IMG/VR virus record: IMGVR_UViG_3300046001_006061
Span: 2,928 to 66,927 of that record
Direction: 5' to 3' (one strand)
Origin: a virus
Length of the DNA: 64,000 nucleotides
Below, one piece after another: positions 39,301 to 49,927 of this stretch (positions are counted from its first letter, which is position 1; each line of letters begins with the position of its first letter). The notes beneath the pieces were generated by a model. The model ran no database searches, was not told the DNA's origin, and saw only the letters and a list, made by a program, of their open reading frames with translations. Both the position numbers and the translations under genes were made by a program.

Positions 39301-40316
39301 AACTCCGTATAAGTTCCGCCTATTTTATATCTTATTGCTAATTGCGTATTCGCACTTTTAAAAAATCCCGCAGTATCATTTACTACTACATCAGTTATTC
39401 TAGTTTGGTTGTTAAATACTTGTAATGAAGTTTGCTGTTCTACTGTTCCGTATTGGTATAAAGCGTCTAAATTTCCTGTTACAAAATTACTTGTTGTGTA
39501 TCTTAATGCGCTATCTGTAACCCAAGTGTCTTGTTTTAAAATACTAAAAACTCTAGGTTTATCAGCACCGTCAACCCAATATAAATTTATGTAACTGTTG
39601 TTTTGTTCTAGTTTTAAAAAGGTTACGTTGTTTTTATCAAATGATAGTTTAGTGGTTTGAAGTAGTCTTGTAGTAGCCCAAGTATTATTTGCTTCGTCTT
39701 TTTTAGCCACAGCAATCATTCCTGTTCCATTTATGTTTACAAGCATAAATAAATCATCGCCTATTGCTTTAGCGCATACTACATCAGCATAACTAGCACC
39801 TATATAATTGTAGTTTTCTTGTAATACAACCATTGTTTTGGTTGCACCACTTCCAATTTTTAAAGTTAAAACTAAGGTTTGAAATTCCCCTGCTACATAC
39901 ATTAAACAATTTGCCATACCGTCTGAAATACTTACTATATCAACAGTAAAAGTAGTCGCAGATTCTATTTGTGTTTGCAAATCAACCGCCCTTAGTCCTT
40001 GTGTCGCTCCCATGCTTGAAAACGCCCCATAAGTTAGTCCATAAGCAGTAAAAGTATGGTCTATGTTTATTGCAGATACATCTAGTCTTGCAGAAAAAAT
40101 TTGGTTTGTATTATTTGTTTTACTACTAGGTAATGCAAATGTTAGCATAGAATTAGCCCCACCAATACGAACTATATTGTTTTCTTCGTCTGATGTAACT
40201 TTTATATCATTAGCATCAAGATATTGTTCGTTTGGAATATTCTCTTGCGCTAAGTCTTTATTCATACCTCCTTTAAAGGTATTTATATTTTGTACTATGT
40301 CGTTATCTTGTGCCAT
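36375..40316 (-). CDS. tail stabilization/nozzle protein (crAss-like)
   Basis: 1313 aa; NTFKGGMNKD...YLDA.DI, LYWVDG...PR, YRFG, FNE....F.TFYTF.P. Confidence 0.8.
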   Translation of the reverse strand: MAQDNDIVQNINTFKGGMNKDLAQENIPNEQYLDANDIKVTSDEENNIVRIGGANSMLTFALPSSKTNNTNQIFSARLDVSAINIDHTFTAYGLTYGAFSSMGATQGLRAVDLQTQIESATTFTVDIVSISDGMANCLMYVAGEFQTLVLTLKIGSGATKTMVVLQENYNYIGASYADVVCAKAIGDDLFMLVNINGTGMIAVAKKDEANNTWATTRLLQTTKLSFDKNNVTFLKLEQNNSYINLYWVDGADKPRVFSILKQDTWVTDSALRYTTSNFVTGNLDALYQYGTVEQQTSLQVFNNQTRITDVVVNDTAGFFKSANTQLAIRYKIGGTYTEFSLLTNQFPVFFRSQTDAIGGGGVPNIDTTKSLTITIDKAKDSLYELFQIGVIQQVGLTKSAYVLGDFPILGETFEITISGNENKQSIDINELLAVSPALKTAHLNEIMENKYFLGRVETASSYYPDVADWVENTVFASGNISIVANEIDSVFVSTSLPAALPSKEYYDVQNCLNTVGYMYNELYRFGLKVYFKSGVVQTYFGADIKIEADITSKLGNLTNAAGTKTYVYSPRINSINFATAPSIDGISFIDAIETVEVVRQECVRDIVDTGYILVGVEDEIVSGSSYIKTGTLFANNAYAGTILIDNQKMTFVSQGILLDNQSISPNQNIRSFGSPDSILQLSFNGGLENYNGFFKTVPTFSTSLIESAGTIGFNGRLLTAANQYIDCTDSTTFYINNSKCFGLASATGIVNTSSNTDVYGYYAQIYIGISDDRYGNKYTGKYFSTGCFINVSIASTTNQLVFGGDTYTQRSFQKVVYKEYDVMPIFPFTVLSSPYAVSYYSQNRVNSQLEYITPTSSQFVYPLNTNFIGDWFNTLPTAQEERLYDGSFTNLNTLRTSQAFNPSIPEVTDYFSTVFWSEQKLEGDLSDPYRVFKFSNQKAFEMSDGILTGMYRIREVLAIIQERGFKVQPISPNIAIQGQDVADLILGTGTVMGTKEMSISRNGAKYKTSSTWYLSKSGTEYIAFYDSDNKKIIRYGVDGIKQISETNFVANFLLNNTKYLDGEYSMYVGYNSYTDEVLFIAKADLGSVYNSASNYTEGQIAWQKARDNTSNFDYDDSKYYFQALINNTNVPLNYTGSTFNTWKEYRNSNFMLAFNEKWNMFSTFYTFKPRITATYLNKMIGFFPFTQGGATGTRLLEYDNGNSETYIQGITKYPMVEVSIAKEPNIFKRFLKSWINIEDGVPNRVITTTDNGTAANITSFTERRDRVLFNILKDFYGTGKRVGGNKIKLKLYFLFNQKIHNFVSTIILKFRKP

Positions 40317-41001
40317 TCGGTAGTAATTGGTTCCAAACTTGTGCTAATATTTGTTTTTGATTTGCGTCAGGCATTTTACTTTTTGCGGTTGCTGCTTTTA
40401 TTCCCCAACTTGATGCTCTTTTATAGTCTTCCATTTGTGCAAGTAAAAACCCAAATTGCTTGTTGTTTATTCTTGAACGTATAAATTTATAGCAAGTAGT
40501 ATCAATCAAGGCTCTTTCGTGTAACATTGGGATATACATTCCGCCTAAATCATTCTTTCTTAAAAATAAACCACCTACTTCTACTTTATTACTAGGTAGT
40601 GAATTATCAACACCATTGTAATATCCGTCAAAATATAAACATTGTTTGTTTTGTTGAACTGTACTCCAACCGTAACCGCTATTATTTGTAAAAAATGGTC
40701 TTCTAATATTTGTTGGGTAAATCCAAAATCCAACTGGCATATTATCAACTCCTATAAATCTAATTCCACCCGTTATATTGAACATTACAAAATCACATGG
40801 TAATTTTGCCATATTATTTTCAATGTCTAATATTTCACTACTTTGAATAGTTTGGTCTAATGAAAATATATTACGTTCAGTTTCTTTAATTAGTCTGCGT
40901 AAATAAAAATCTTCGTTAGTAGTATTTTTTAAATCAAGTTCTTCCTTAACACTTGTAAGCACCGATTCTATTGATGTTTCTTCTCCAATTGCTATACTCA
41001 T
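40303..41001 (-). CDS. tail tubular/ring protein
   Basis: I.N..AKLPCD motif; position before the stabilization protein. Confidence 0.65.
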   Translation of the reverse strand: MSIAIGEETSIESVLTSVKEELDLKNTTNEDFYLRRLIKETERNIFSLDQTIQSSEILDIENNMAKLPCDFVMFNITGGIRFIGVDNMPVGFWIYPTNIRRPFFTNNSGYGWSTVQQNKQCLYFDGYYNGVDNSLPSNKVEVGGLFLRKNDLGGMYIPMLHERALIDTTCYKFIRSRINNKQFGFLLAQMEDYKRASSWGIKAATAKSKMPDANQKQILAQVWNQLLPNGTR

Positions 41002-41666
41002 ACTGTGTTTGCTTTATTTATTCGTCTGTCTTTTGTATCAACACCATCGTTAATTAAATCTTCGGGTGTACTACCTTCTTGTAATAATTCTTGCATTGCA
41101 ATTCTTTCAATTACTGAAATTACGTCTTCACTTACGGGGTAAGGGTCAGTATCAATATTGAAGTTTGTATCGTCTAATGGATTAGACAGTATTCCTTGAA
41201 TAGTAAATGTTTCAAGTTGTTTGTTTCCGTAAAATCTAATGTCATTTGCTAGTATTACGAATCCAATTACGTCTTCATTCAAATCACCTCTACTCATTAA
41301 ATCACTAGCGTAACTTGGTGAACTTATTCTTATAAAAGCTACTGTATCATCATCATCTCCCACAAAAACAAATCCGTCTGTATTATTATTTATTCTAATA
41401 ACACTTGGAACTGTTGCTGAAATGTATGATTTATTGTTATTGCTTTGTCCACTAGGTATTGAAACTGTTACTGTTTGATACCAATCGGGCGAAATAAAGC
41501 TGTTTGCTGCTTGTTCTCTACTTCCATTATATAGGATAGACATTGCAGCTTGTCGCCATTTTTGGACTTTACTTTCAACGTATTCAAAATCTATTTCGGT
41601 TTCGTCTTTGGCTTTTCCGCCTTGACAAGCCCTTACTATTCTTTCTGTGATTTCTGATAATAACAT
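40998..41666 (-). CDS. tail tubular/ring protein
   Basis: GILSNP...DPYPV...P.D..ND..D motif. Confidence 0.65.
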   Translation of the reverse strand: MLLSEITERIVRACQGGKAKDETEIDFEYVESKVQKWRQAAMSILYNGSREQAANSFISPDWYQTVTVSIPSGQSNNNKSYISATVPSVIRINNNTDGFVFVGDDDDTVAFIRISSPSYASDLMSRGDLNEDVIGFVILANDIRFYGNKQLETFTIQGILSNPLDDTNFNIDTDPYPVSEDVISVIERIAMQELLQEGSTPEDLINDGVDTKDRRINKANTV

Positions 41667-42283
41667 TACATTTCTCTAATTAATGATTGTTGTTCAATAC
41701 CTGTCATAGAAAACTCCCTCGTACTCTTAGTAGCTTCTATAATTGCTGCTTTAATAATTAATTCTACCATTTCATCTGTGTAAGGAATAACTGTTGAGTT
41801 GTCTGCTACATCAATATAAATAGGTTCGCTTACATACCAAACAGTACAAGTTGTAATAGCGGGTGTTTTTGGGTAAATATCAATACCGTCAGCACTTAAA
41901 ATATATTTTGGGTAACGAACTGTTCCTTGACTATAAATAGCACCGAAATCAGCGTAAGAAACGGGTGTTGTTCTTATTGTTTGTTGTGTTGAGTTGAATG
42001 TAGGGTCAACTATTAATACTTGCTTTAAGTTAGGAATAACTGAACTTGCTTTTGAAATATCAATTACGTTTGAAGCGGGTGAAGCTATTGGTGTGCTTTT
42101 TTGAAGCAATGGCATTAGCCTTGTTAAGTCAACATTATTTGACTGAAACTTCTTGATTAAGTCAGTCGTAACAGTATTGATTGCAGTTGCAAAAAATATG
42201 TTCTTATCGGACGAATCCCAATATCCACTATAATTCTCGTCTAATAGTGTTTCAAATTTAAGGTTTATATCACTTCCGTACAT
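41666..42283 (-). CDS. tail ring/adaptor protein
   Basis: LDE..S.Y....K..F, Y...P, ELII.A. Confidence 0.6.
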   Translation of the reverse strand: MYGSDINLKFETLLDENYSGYWDSSDKNIFFATAINTVTTDLIKKFQSNNVDLTRLMPLLQKSTPIASPASNVIDISKASSVIPNLKQVLIVDPTFNSTQQTIRTTPVSYADFGAIYSQGTVRYPKYILSADGIDIYPKTPAITTCTVWYVSEPIYIDVADNSTVIPYTDEMVELIIKAAIIEATKSTREFSMTGIEQQSLIREM

Positions 42284-42319
42284 GAGCGCAAGATAAAATT
42301 TTTTATCCTAAATGCAAAG

Positions 42320-42937
42320 TTATGTATAAATTGCAATAATTTGATTAAAATGTTTTCGCATTTCAATTCTTTCTGTTGCAGTGTAATCTTTATCTGCTTT
42401 TATAAGCTGTTTTACTATTTCACTTGCTTTTTTTGTAGCTTCAACTATTTCGTCTTGATTTAATTTCACTGCCTTATATTCGCTCACTATCGTAAATTCG
42501 CAGTATTCTTTTATTTCGTTCCCGTAAATATTTCTCAAGCCCTTACCGTAATCTAAAAGCATACCACCCTTAAATCCATTACAAGAGAAGCATTGTAGAA
42601 AAATATTAAATAGGTTGAACCTTAGAGATTCGTTGCTGCCTACTGAATGATAGTGTCCTGCAAATGGTTTATTGGCAACTCTACCACAACTAATACATGG
42701 TTGATTTAAGTCAATTAGCCTTACTATTAAATTTATTTTTTGCTCTAGTTCTTTACGATAGTCAGATAGTGTTTTTAGTGGTTCTCTTTGTGCTGTTTTG
42801 CTTATTTTGGTTGGCTTAGTCCTCCCGTATTCAATTGCACAATCCACTCCGCAAACCTTATCTGTTGAACGATACTGCTTAAATTCTTTTTCGCATACAG
42901 CGCAAAGTTTTGGTTTCTTAGGTTTGACTTTTATCAT
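42320..42937 (-). CDS. ninG: NinG/Rap-family HNH-like endonuclease
   Basis: CAVC...F...VC..DCA; VRLID...PCISCG..AGHY.SVG....LRF...N...QC..CN. Confidence 0.85.
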   Translation of the reverse strand: MIKVKPKKPKLCAVCEKEFKQYRSTDKVCGVDCAIEYGRTKPTKISKTAQREPLKTLSDYRKELEQKINLIVRLIDLNQPCISCGRVANKPFAGHYHSVGSNESLRFNLFNIFLQCFSCNGFKGGMLLDYGKGLRNIYGNEIKEYCEFTIVSEYKAVKLNQDEIVEATKKASEIVKQLIKADKDYTATERIEMRKHFNQIIAIYT

Positions 42938-42947
42938 TTATACAGTT

Positions 42948-45303
42948 TTATATTTCTAATCCCCAACTCCATTTTTTTGTATTCGCTGTTTTTGTGATTT
43001 GTAATAATTGCTTTTGCTCTTTACTTATTTTTCTATAAAAAGTCGTTCTGTTAAAACTTAGTTTAATTAAGGCTTCGTTTATACCTAAACCTTCTTCAAC
43101 TAATTTAATTACGTTTTTAAAAACTATATCTATGTCTTCCATAATTTAAAATAATTCTGTTTGTATTTTAGTCTTTTCTATTTTCGGATTTTTTTTGCCT
43201 TTTTCGGATTTTTCTACTTTAATATCGCTATCGTCTAATTTTTCCTTAGTCCAAGTCTTAACTACTACTACTGGCTTTTCTACCTTAGTGTTGTATTTAG
43301 CGTTGATAAGGTCAACTATTCTTTTTCTATCGGCTTCTACTTTGTCAAGTGGTCTTTCGCTTTCCATTCTTTAAATTCTCTCCTTATTGCAGCTTGTAAA
43401 GTTCTACATGATTCACATTTTTCGTTAGTGCAAAAGTTTAAAGTTAAGTTATTTTCTTTTATAAATCCTTTATCTAAACAAGTTCTGTAAAACTCTGTTT
43501 CCTTTTCTGTTTGCTTTTTAAGTTTGTTGGTAATTTCATCAAAAGTTTTTTCAAGGTCTTTGAGTGTAAGTCCTTTTGGATTATCTTTAATAATTGGATT
43601 TCCTTCTGTTTTTATAAAGTTATTTTCCATTTTTTTATTAAATATTTAAGTAAATCGTAAATAGCAATCCCGCATAGTGTAAGAAACTGCCAAATAGCTA
43701 AATAGTATAAAATATCAATTAGTTCAGACGATTGTATATACTTTATGCTCATTATGAAAAGTTTTATTAGAAGTATTTAACGAAGTTTCATACTTTTTAT
43801 CTATCTTTATAATATTCTTATTTATAAGAGGCTGTAAGTTTTTCATGTCAAGATGAAAATATTTATCCTCTTTTATTAGTTTTACATAATAACCCGATTC
43901 AGTAAATCTTTCTGATGTTTCTATTTTATACCCATCTTTTAGGTATTTAATTATTTCTTTCTGTGTCATATTAAATCGTATTTATATCAATTGCCAATCC
44001 TTTAGGTATCATGCCAAAAACGTCAAAATGATTTGATAGTAAATGTTCTACATAAGAATAACAGCATTTCTGTAATTCTTCGGGTGTAACTTCTTCATCA
44101 CTTTCTACTTCTGATAGTGGGCGTAAAACTAATTTATGACCGCATTCAATAACGTCCATCATACCTACTGTATCGTTTTCGTCTTCAATAGTTAACGTGT
44201 AATCTATTCCGTGAATATACACCTTTACATCGTAAGGCAAATATGCTGCTAAGTATTTTATGTTTCCCATAATTTTATTTAAAAAGGGGTATCAATTAAT
44301 AATTGTTTTAGCTTTTTTGTTTCTTCGTTGTCGTTCTTAGTAATTATTACAACTCTATTAGTTTCTTTTAGCCATCTTTTATAAGCAGCTATAATTTTTT
44401 CTTCGCTCATTCCCGAATACCATTTTATAAATTCTAAATCTCTCATTTTAGTTTCTCCTTTAATTCGTTAAAATCTTCGTCACTTATTTTACTATCTACT
44501 AATATCCAATGCCCTTTGTACGCTAGTTTTTTTGAAACTTTTGTGTGTACATTCATTGAAGTTGAAATTACTCCGTTTGTCCTATCCATTGCTTCTTTAA
44601 AGTTGTTTTGTAAGGCTTTTATCTTATCTGCAAAGGTTATCATTTCAGTAAATGTTTCTTGCTCAACTTTACGCTTTAAGTTATCTAATAGTTCAAATGT
44701 AGGTTGTTTTGGCAATTCGTTTTGTTTATTTTCTAGCATTTTATGTGCTAAGAATGGGTCTATTCCGTTCATAATTATAATTTTTTAAATTCAAGTTCTA
44801 TTTTTTCGAGCATATCTGTAACTAATTCCTCAATCTTAGATATGTCTAAGTTAGCTTTTTTTAGTGATTTATCGGTTTTAGTAACAAAATCTTGATTAGC
44901 TATTCTAAGTCTATTCATCACCGAAAATTCCTTGCTAATCATTAGTTTTCTCATTCCGTAAATACTGTCTAGGTACTCTTGATTATGCTTGCTAATAATA
45001 TAGCACATTACGCCCATTTCACTTAGCGATTTTTCTAACTTTGCTTTTACTTCTAACTCGTCTATTGGTGCTGCTTGTGTTTCCATGTTACTTTGCTGTG
45101 AAAAATTCGTCTATACTTTTTATTTCAAAAAAATGGTTTTCATCTAATTCTGATTCAATTAATATTTGATTTCTGGTTACTTCTTTAACTACATATTCTT
45201 TTCCTATAATTAAAGCTGGTTTTCCTGCATTTTCAAACGAACTCTCATTCATTATACATTCGTTTATGGCTATTAATATTGTGCCTTCTTTTATCTTTTT
45301 CAT
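42948..45303 (-). other. run of small hypothetical genes (including HTH-like 42948-43142)
   Basis: Co-oriented ORFs of 60-110 aa. Confidence 0.6.
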
Positions 45304-45308
45304 GTTAT

Positions 45309-46061
45309 TTAATCTGTTATTTCTATTCCTAATTTATTCAATTCTTTAAATGCGGGCAAAAATGCTTTGTCAAGTTCTCGTAATTGCTCTAAATCTACAT
45401 GATGATTAATTACCAAATGGTCATTCAAACTCATTACTGCTGCCATTTCGGGTTTATGTTCTCTAAATAATTCTTTTGCCGATGTGCCTTTTTTGGCATT
45501 AAACATTTCTTTTACTTGCTTTGGTTCAAGTCCGCTAACTTGCTTGCAGTTTGCTTTATTGTAATCAATAATTGCTTTAACGCCTTTCTTTTTAAAGTTT
45601 TCAGTATTTACTAGCTTACTATTATTTAATTGTGTTATTCTATCTGTTTGAGCGTTTAGTTCTGCTTTAGTAATTTTTAAATTATAGCTACCAAATTTTC
45701 TTATACTTGGTAAAACTTCTTTTGTTACCCAATCTTTAAATGGTTGTGCTGCTTCTAAACTTGAAGCAAGTGCTAATTTATACATTCCACTTTCCGATAA
45801 TAATGTAACAGAAGACGCTCTCCCACCGACTAATTTTGAGTTAGTCAGTTGTTTTTTAAAATCCTTAAAGTTTTTAAGATTAATTACTTTGTATTCATTA
45901 TTATCCAAACTTGCTGCTTTTATTGCTTGAGTTAAATTTGTATGCCCCCAAATATTTGCAATTTCAGTTCCTAAAAACATTGTTACCCCACTTTCATTAT
46001 TTGTAAATGTAGTTAGCGAACCAAAACTTTCCTTATTGAATTTTTCTATACTTATCTTCAT
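45309..46061 (-). CDS. BRO-N domain antirepressor-like protein
   Basis: FG.L...F...EIA...LLSESGMYKLAL.S....A..FKDWVT.EVLPSIRK.GSY. Confidence 0.88.
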   Translation of the reverse strand: MKISIEKFNKESFGSLTTFTNNESGVTMFLGTEIANIWGHTNLTQAIKAASLDNNEYKVINLKNFKDFKKQLTNSKLVGGRASSVTLLSESGMYKLALASSLEAAQPFKDWVTKEVLPSIRKFGSYNLKITKAELNAQTDRITQLNNSKLVNTENFKKKGVKAIIDYNKANCKQVSGLEPKQVKEMFNAKKGTSAKELFREHKPEMAAVMSLNDHLVINHHVDLEQLRELDKAFLPAFKELNKLGIEITD

Positions 46062-46592
46062 GCCACAAAGATAATAAATCAAACCAATTACGCAAATATA
46101 TTTAGTTAAAAGTTATCCACAATTATATAAAAACCAATATCGTGGGTTTTATAAATCGGAATATTATCTGTTTTATAAAGTTCAACTTATCGAAGTTTAT
46201 GAACCGTTTGATTTGTTTTCAAGTAATTCCAATATTTATTTTTATTTGTTGTAATTTAGAATCAAACTAAATAACTAAACTATTTTTTAAACTTTAAACA
46301 TAGCAGTAGCCTTATGCGTGGAGGGAGGGGCTGCTCCAACTAGCATTTGATTAAGACTTATTTAGTGATTGCCTTAAACTATATCGGTAAAATAAAGAAT
46401 GATGTACTGCTAGACATCTTGGGTATGCGAAACCCCCTAGTTTTGGTTATCTCTTTCACTCCACGCCCAAGTTGTCGGCTAAACATTGCTTGGATTGGTT
46501 TAAAACTAGGATTATTTTACATGGTTGTTTTTGATTGTGGCGTTAAAATCACTTAGCCAATAGATATACAATTCATACAATACCTATTGTTG

Positions 46593-46715
46593 AGTAGGCA
46601 TAAAAAAAGCCCTAAGACGGGGGTTTTAAGGCTTTTAAGTCCATAAGATACGAACTTGTTTTATATAAAATGTCTTGTGTTAATTAAACCCCCGTCTAAC
46701 AACCTTGCAAATATG
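46593..46715 (-). ncRNA. putative structured RNA leader/sRNA, copy A
   Basis: Promoter-like CATATTTG; 5' AGACGGGGGTTT complementary to terminator-loop AAACCCCCGTCT; T7 tail. Confidence 0.55.
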
Positions 46716-46756
46716 AACAAAATATTTTTGTTTTGCAAGAAGTTTTTTAAAAAAGT

Positions 46757-47203
46757 TTATAGTTCTTTGTTAGTTTGTGAAAAGTAAAAGTTTTGTATTT
46801 GATGCACATAGCTTATATCTGTTAAGAAGACAAACGAATCATCTTCTTCATCATCTATTTGTGAAACACATACTGAATAAGCAGTACACATATCGTCTTG
46901 TGGAATTAAAGTAAGCCAAACTACTCCACACTCTGAAATAGGTATCTTGTAATCAAATTGTTCTACTATAAAACCATGCTCTAGTAACCATTCTTCTTTT
47001 AACGGTATTGGATATAATTCCTTTGATTTTATTATTTTTTCAGAATTTAGATATTTAAAATAAAATGTATATTTAAAAATACCAACTACCTCAACTACTT
47101 CATAAGCCCAATCAGGATTTTTTGGGTCAGGATTCCAATATTTGTAATAGGCTAAATTTCCTATTTTTATTTGATTTGCGTTTATCATATTATTTGTTTT
47201 CAA
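46757..47203 (-). CDS. phage hypothetical protein
   Basis: IKIGN...PIPL.EEWL..HGF...YVHQIQN.YF. Confidence 0.7.
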   Translation of the reverse strand: MKTNNMINANQIKIGNLAYYKYWNPDPKNPDWAYEVVEVVGIFKYTFYFKYLNSEKIIKSKELYPIPLKEEWLLEHGFIVEQFDYKIPISECGVVWLTLIPQDDMCTAYSVCVSQIDDEEDDSFVFLTDISYVHQIQNFYFSQTNKEL

Positions 47204-47522
47204 AAATGTTTTTAAATTCTTCTGCTACTACATATTTTCTACTAAATTCACTATCGGTAAATTCTTTTAGTTTTAAAAATGAATTACTTTTCCTTAGTGG
47301 CGAAAGTTCGTTTTGGTATAAATCTATTTCCATTATTAATTGACAAATGTGGGAATGAAAATTTTCAATTAAATCAACTTGAGTAGGTATTGCTGCGTTT
47401 CTAATACTATCAATAACACATTGCGGGGCAAAATCTTCTTTACTCCCCGCATAATAAGATTCGTACTCTTTAACACAGTTTTCTCTCTGCTCTTTTAATA
47501 ATTCTAAATAATCTATTTTCAT
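47190..47522 (-). CDS. hypothetical protein
   Basis: 110-aa ORF. Confidence 0.6.
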   Translation of the reverse strand: MKIDYLELLKEQRENCVKEYESYYAGSKEDFAPQCVIDSIRNAAIPTQVDLIENFHSHICQLIMEIDLYQNELSPLRKSNSFLKLKEFTDSEFSRKYVVAEEFKNIFENK

Positions 47523-47697
47523 TGTTCTATTTTATCTAATGTTTTAAATAAATTTCTAAAAAACTTTTTTCTACCAACTCTTTTCCAATCACCTTTTTTA
47601 AAAAAACATAAATGTATTCCTTTTCGGTCTATCGGATTTCCGCAATCTCCTTCGGCAAAGTTATGGTAGCGTTCTGTTTTAGGTCTTGCTATTTTCA

Positions 47698-48462
47698 TTA
47701 GTTTAAAAGGTTGTTTTCTATTGGTGGTAATTCTTGATATTTTTGGAATAATGTTTCTTCATTGTTTCGGTGCATTTCAATATTTTCTGTTTTAGCCATT
47801 GCTTTTACTAAGTTAGCTACATTATCAGCCCATCTTGATTGCTTTGCTTTAAGGAAATCCCAAACACCATTTCTAAGTACATCATACTTATCTAGTAATA
47901 GTATCTTATCATTTTTAGTCATATTGCTTTTAGTTGAAGCCTTGTTATTTAATATGCACCATTCTTTTATTCTTTGGTCAATTGTATTTGGGTGAATATT
48001 TAAAGCATTATTTCTCATACTATGAAATTCAGCATAAACATTTTTTAAATCAGGGTTGTTTTCTACAAATACTCCCATGTGATTTTTGGTTTGCTTTTCG
48101 CACTCGTCAATGTATTTGAAAACTTCTTTTAGCTTTGTAATGTAAATGATTTGTTCAGCCGAAAATAATTCGCCATTCTCTACTTTGTTTGAAAGTCCAA
48201 TTAACCATCTGCGAAGTTCTTTTGCTTTTGGTGTTGCTGAAACAATACATATTTCTTTTGCAGCGTCAATTGTAAATGTGTGGTGCATAGCGGGTGAACC
48301 GCCTTTTTCCCCAGTGGTCAGTTTTGAACAGTAGTCTTTTCCTTCTACTAAATCAGCGTAATCTATACACCTTCTAACCCAATGTCTATATCTTGTTTTT
48401 ACTTCTACAAACTCATGTAAAGCCCTTCCGTCAACTTGATTATTGCTATCTACTTGTATCAT
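47698..48462 (-). CDS. AntA/AntB-family antirepressor-like protein
   Basis: VDGRALHEF.EVKTRY..W....I......EG.DY...H.FTIDAAKEI. Confidence 0.85.
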   Translation of the reverse strand: MIQVDSNNQVDGRALHEFVEVKTRYRHWVRRCIDYADLVEGKDYCSKLTTGEKGGSPAMHHTFTIDAAKEICIVSATPKAKELRRWLIGLSNKVENGELFSAEQIIYITKLKEVFKYIDECEKQTKNHMGVFVENNPDLKNVYAEFHSMRNNALNIHPNTIDQRIKEWCILNNKASTKSNMTKNDKILLLDKYDVLRNGVWDFLKAKQSRWADNVANLVKAMAKTENIEMHRNNEETLFQKYQELPPIENNLLN

Positions 48463-48564
48463 GCAACAAATATAATGAAATGTTTATAAATTGCAACATT
48501 TTTTTTGAAATAAATTTGTTTAAGTAAATTATTGTGTTATTTTTGTGCTATAAATATTTAAATA

Positions 48565-48963
48565 ATGGCAGAAGACAAAAAAGAAGGTTTATCCTTAAAA
48601 GGGCGTGTGGTTTTGATACTACCCGAAGAAACTATCAATAAAAAAGATGGTGGACAAATGATTAAAAAACAGTTCGTGATTGAAACCGAAGAGCAGTACG
48701 CTAAAAAAGTATGCTTCCAAATAATGAGCGAAAAGTTAAACGTACCTAAGATTGGTACTTTATGCGATGTTAAATTCAACATAGAAAGTCGTGAATATAA
48801 TGGTCGTTGGTATAACCAAAACACAGCTTGGAATATATGGGAACAGAAAAATTCAGCACCTACGCAAAGCAATACGCCTAGTGCGCCATTAGAAAGACCA
48901 TTAGTGAAAGGTGAGCCTAGTTTTAGTGAAGTAGAAGATGATGGAAATCCGTTGCCTTTTTGA
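48565..48963 (+). CDS. DUF3127-family putative ssDNA-binding protein
   Basis: KKQFVIET.EQY.KKVCF...FNIESREYNGRWY....AW; acidic DDGNPLPF tail. Confidence 0.85.
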   Translation: MAEDKKEGLSLKGRVVLILPEETINKKDGGQMIKKQFVIETEEQYAKKVCFQIMSEKLNVPKIGTLCDVKFNIESREYNGRWYNQNTAWNIWEQKNSAPTQSNTPSAPLERPLVKGEPSFSEVEDDGNPLPF

Positions 48964-48993
48964 TAACTAACTTATAATCAGCAATATATACTA

Positions 48994-49212
48994 ATGAGCA
49001 ACAATTACGACCTTAAAACCCTAAAAGCAGTAAAGCATATTTTCGACACAAATTTGGTCGTTAAGGCTTCGTTAATGCTTACACAAATGATAGCGGAAGA
49101 AGAAACTAGATTAGAGAAACTTCATCACATAAGCGATGGAACTGGTCACTCAAAAGCAGTCCCAACAAATCCCGATGTTTTTGATTATTGGAGAGAAAAC
49201 GATATGAACTAA
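48994..49212 (+). CDS. hypothetical protein
   Basis: 72 aa before terminator. Confidence 0.55.
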   Translation: MSNNYDLKTLKAVKHIFDTNLVVKASLMLTQMIAEEETRLEKLHHISDGTGHSKAVPTNPDVFDYWRENDMN

Positions 49213-49214
49213 AC

Positions 49215-49251
49215 AAAAAGCCCCGCTAATTAGTTTTAGTAGGGCTTTTTT
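49215..49251. terminator. bidirectional terminator
   Basis: AAAAAGCCC...GGGCTTTTTT. Confidence 0.75.
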
Positions 49252-49253
49252 GG

Positions 49254-49925
49254 TTAAAAAATTGATAGCTTTCTTTTTACTTCTAAGTAATCTAAGTCGG
49301 CTACAATAAATTCATTTCCGTTAGTGTGTATTTCTACATATTCTTTGTCGTTATCGTTTCGGTCAAAGTGAGTTCCAATAGCGTTTATGTGGTAGAATGT
49401 TATTGGTCTTACATCGCAATCTGATAAAGGATAATCAATATCTAGTTTATTTAGTTCTCTAGTTTTTTCAGTAGAGTGTAGTATGTTAAATTCAATTACC
49501 ATATTTAGCTGTATTTTAGAATAATTAGTTTAGCAAGTTCAAGAGCGTCTTTTCGCTCAATTTCTGATTGCATTAGGATTACTTCTTCTCCTAAGCCTTT
49601 TGTACTCATAAAGTTTATAATCATGCACTTATCGCTTAATACAAAACAATTTTCGCTGTTGTCTTTATTTGGGAGGATTGCATACTCCGTTACTTCGCAA
49701 TCAAATTGTATGTTACTCATTATTGTTTTCTTTTAGCTTTTGAAAAATATCTTTAATTGCTTCTATATCGGTTTTATCATAAGTAATCCACTCTCCACCG
49801 TATCTGATAAACATAACGAACATTTTAATAGTGTTCACTAAGTAGGTAACTAGCATTAGTGCTAGGATAATAGGGCTTGTTATTAGCCTTAGTAATAATT
49901 TGTATTTGCTTGAGTATTGTATCAT
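49254..49925 (-). other. three small hypothetical genes (49254-49502, 49505-49720, 49713-49925)
   Basis: Coupled ORFs. Confidence 0.55.
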
Positions 49926-49927
49926 AG

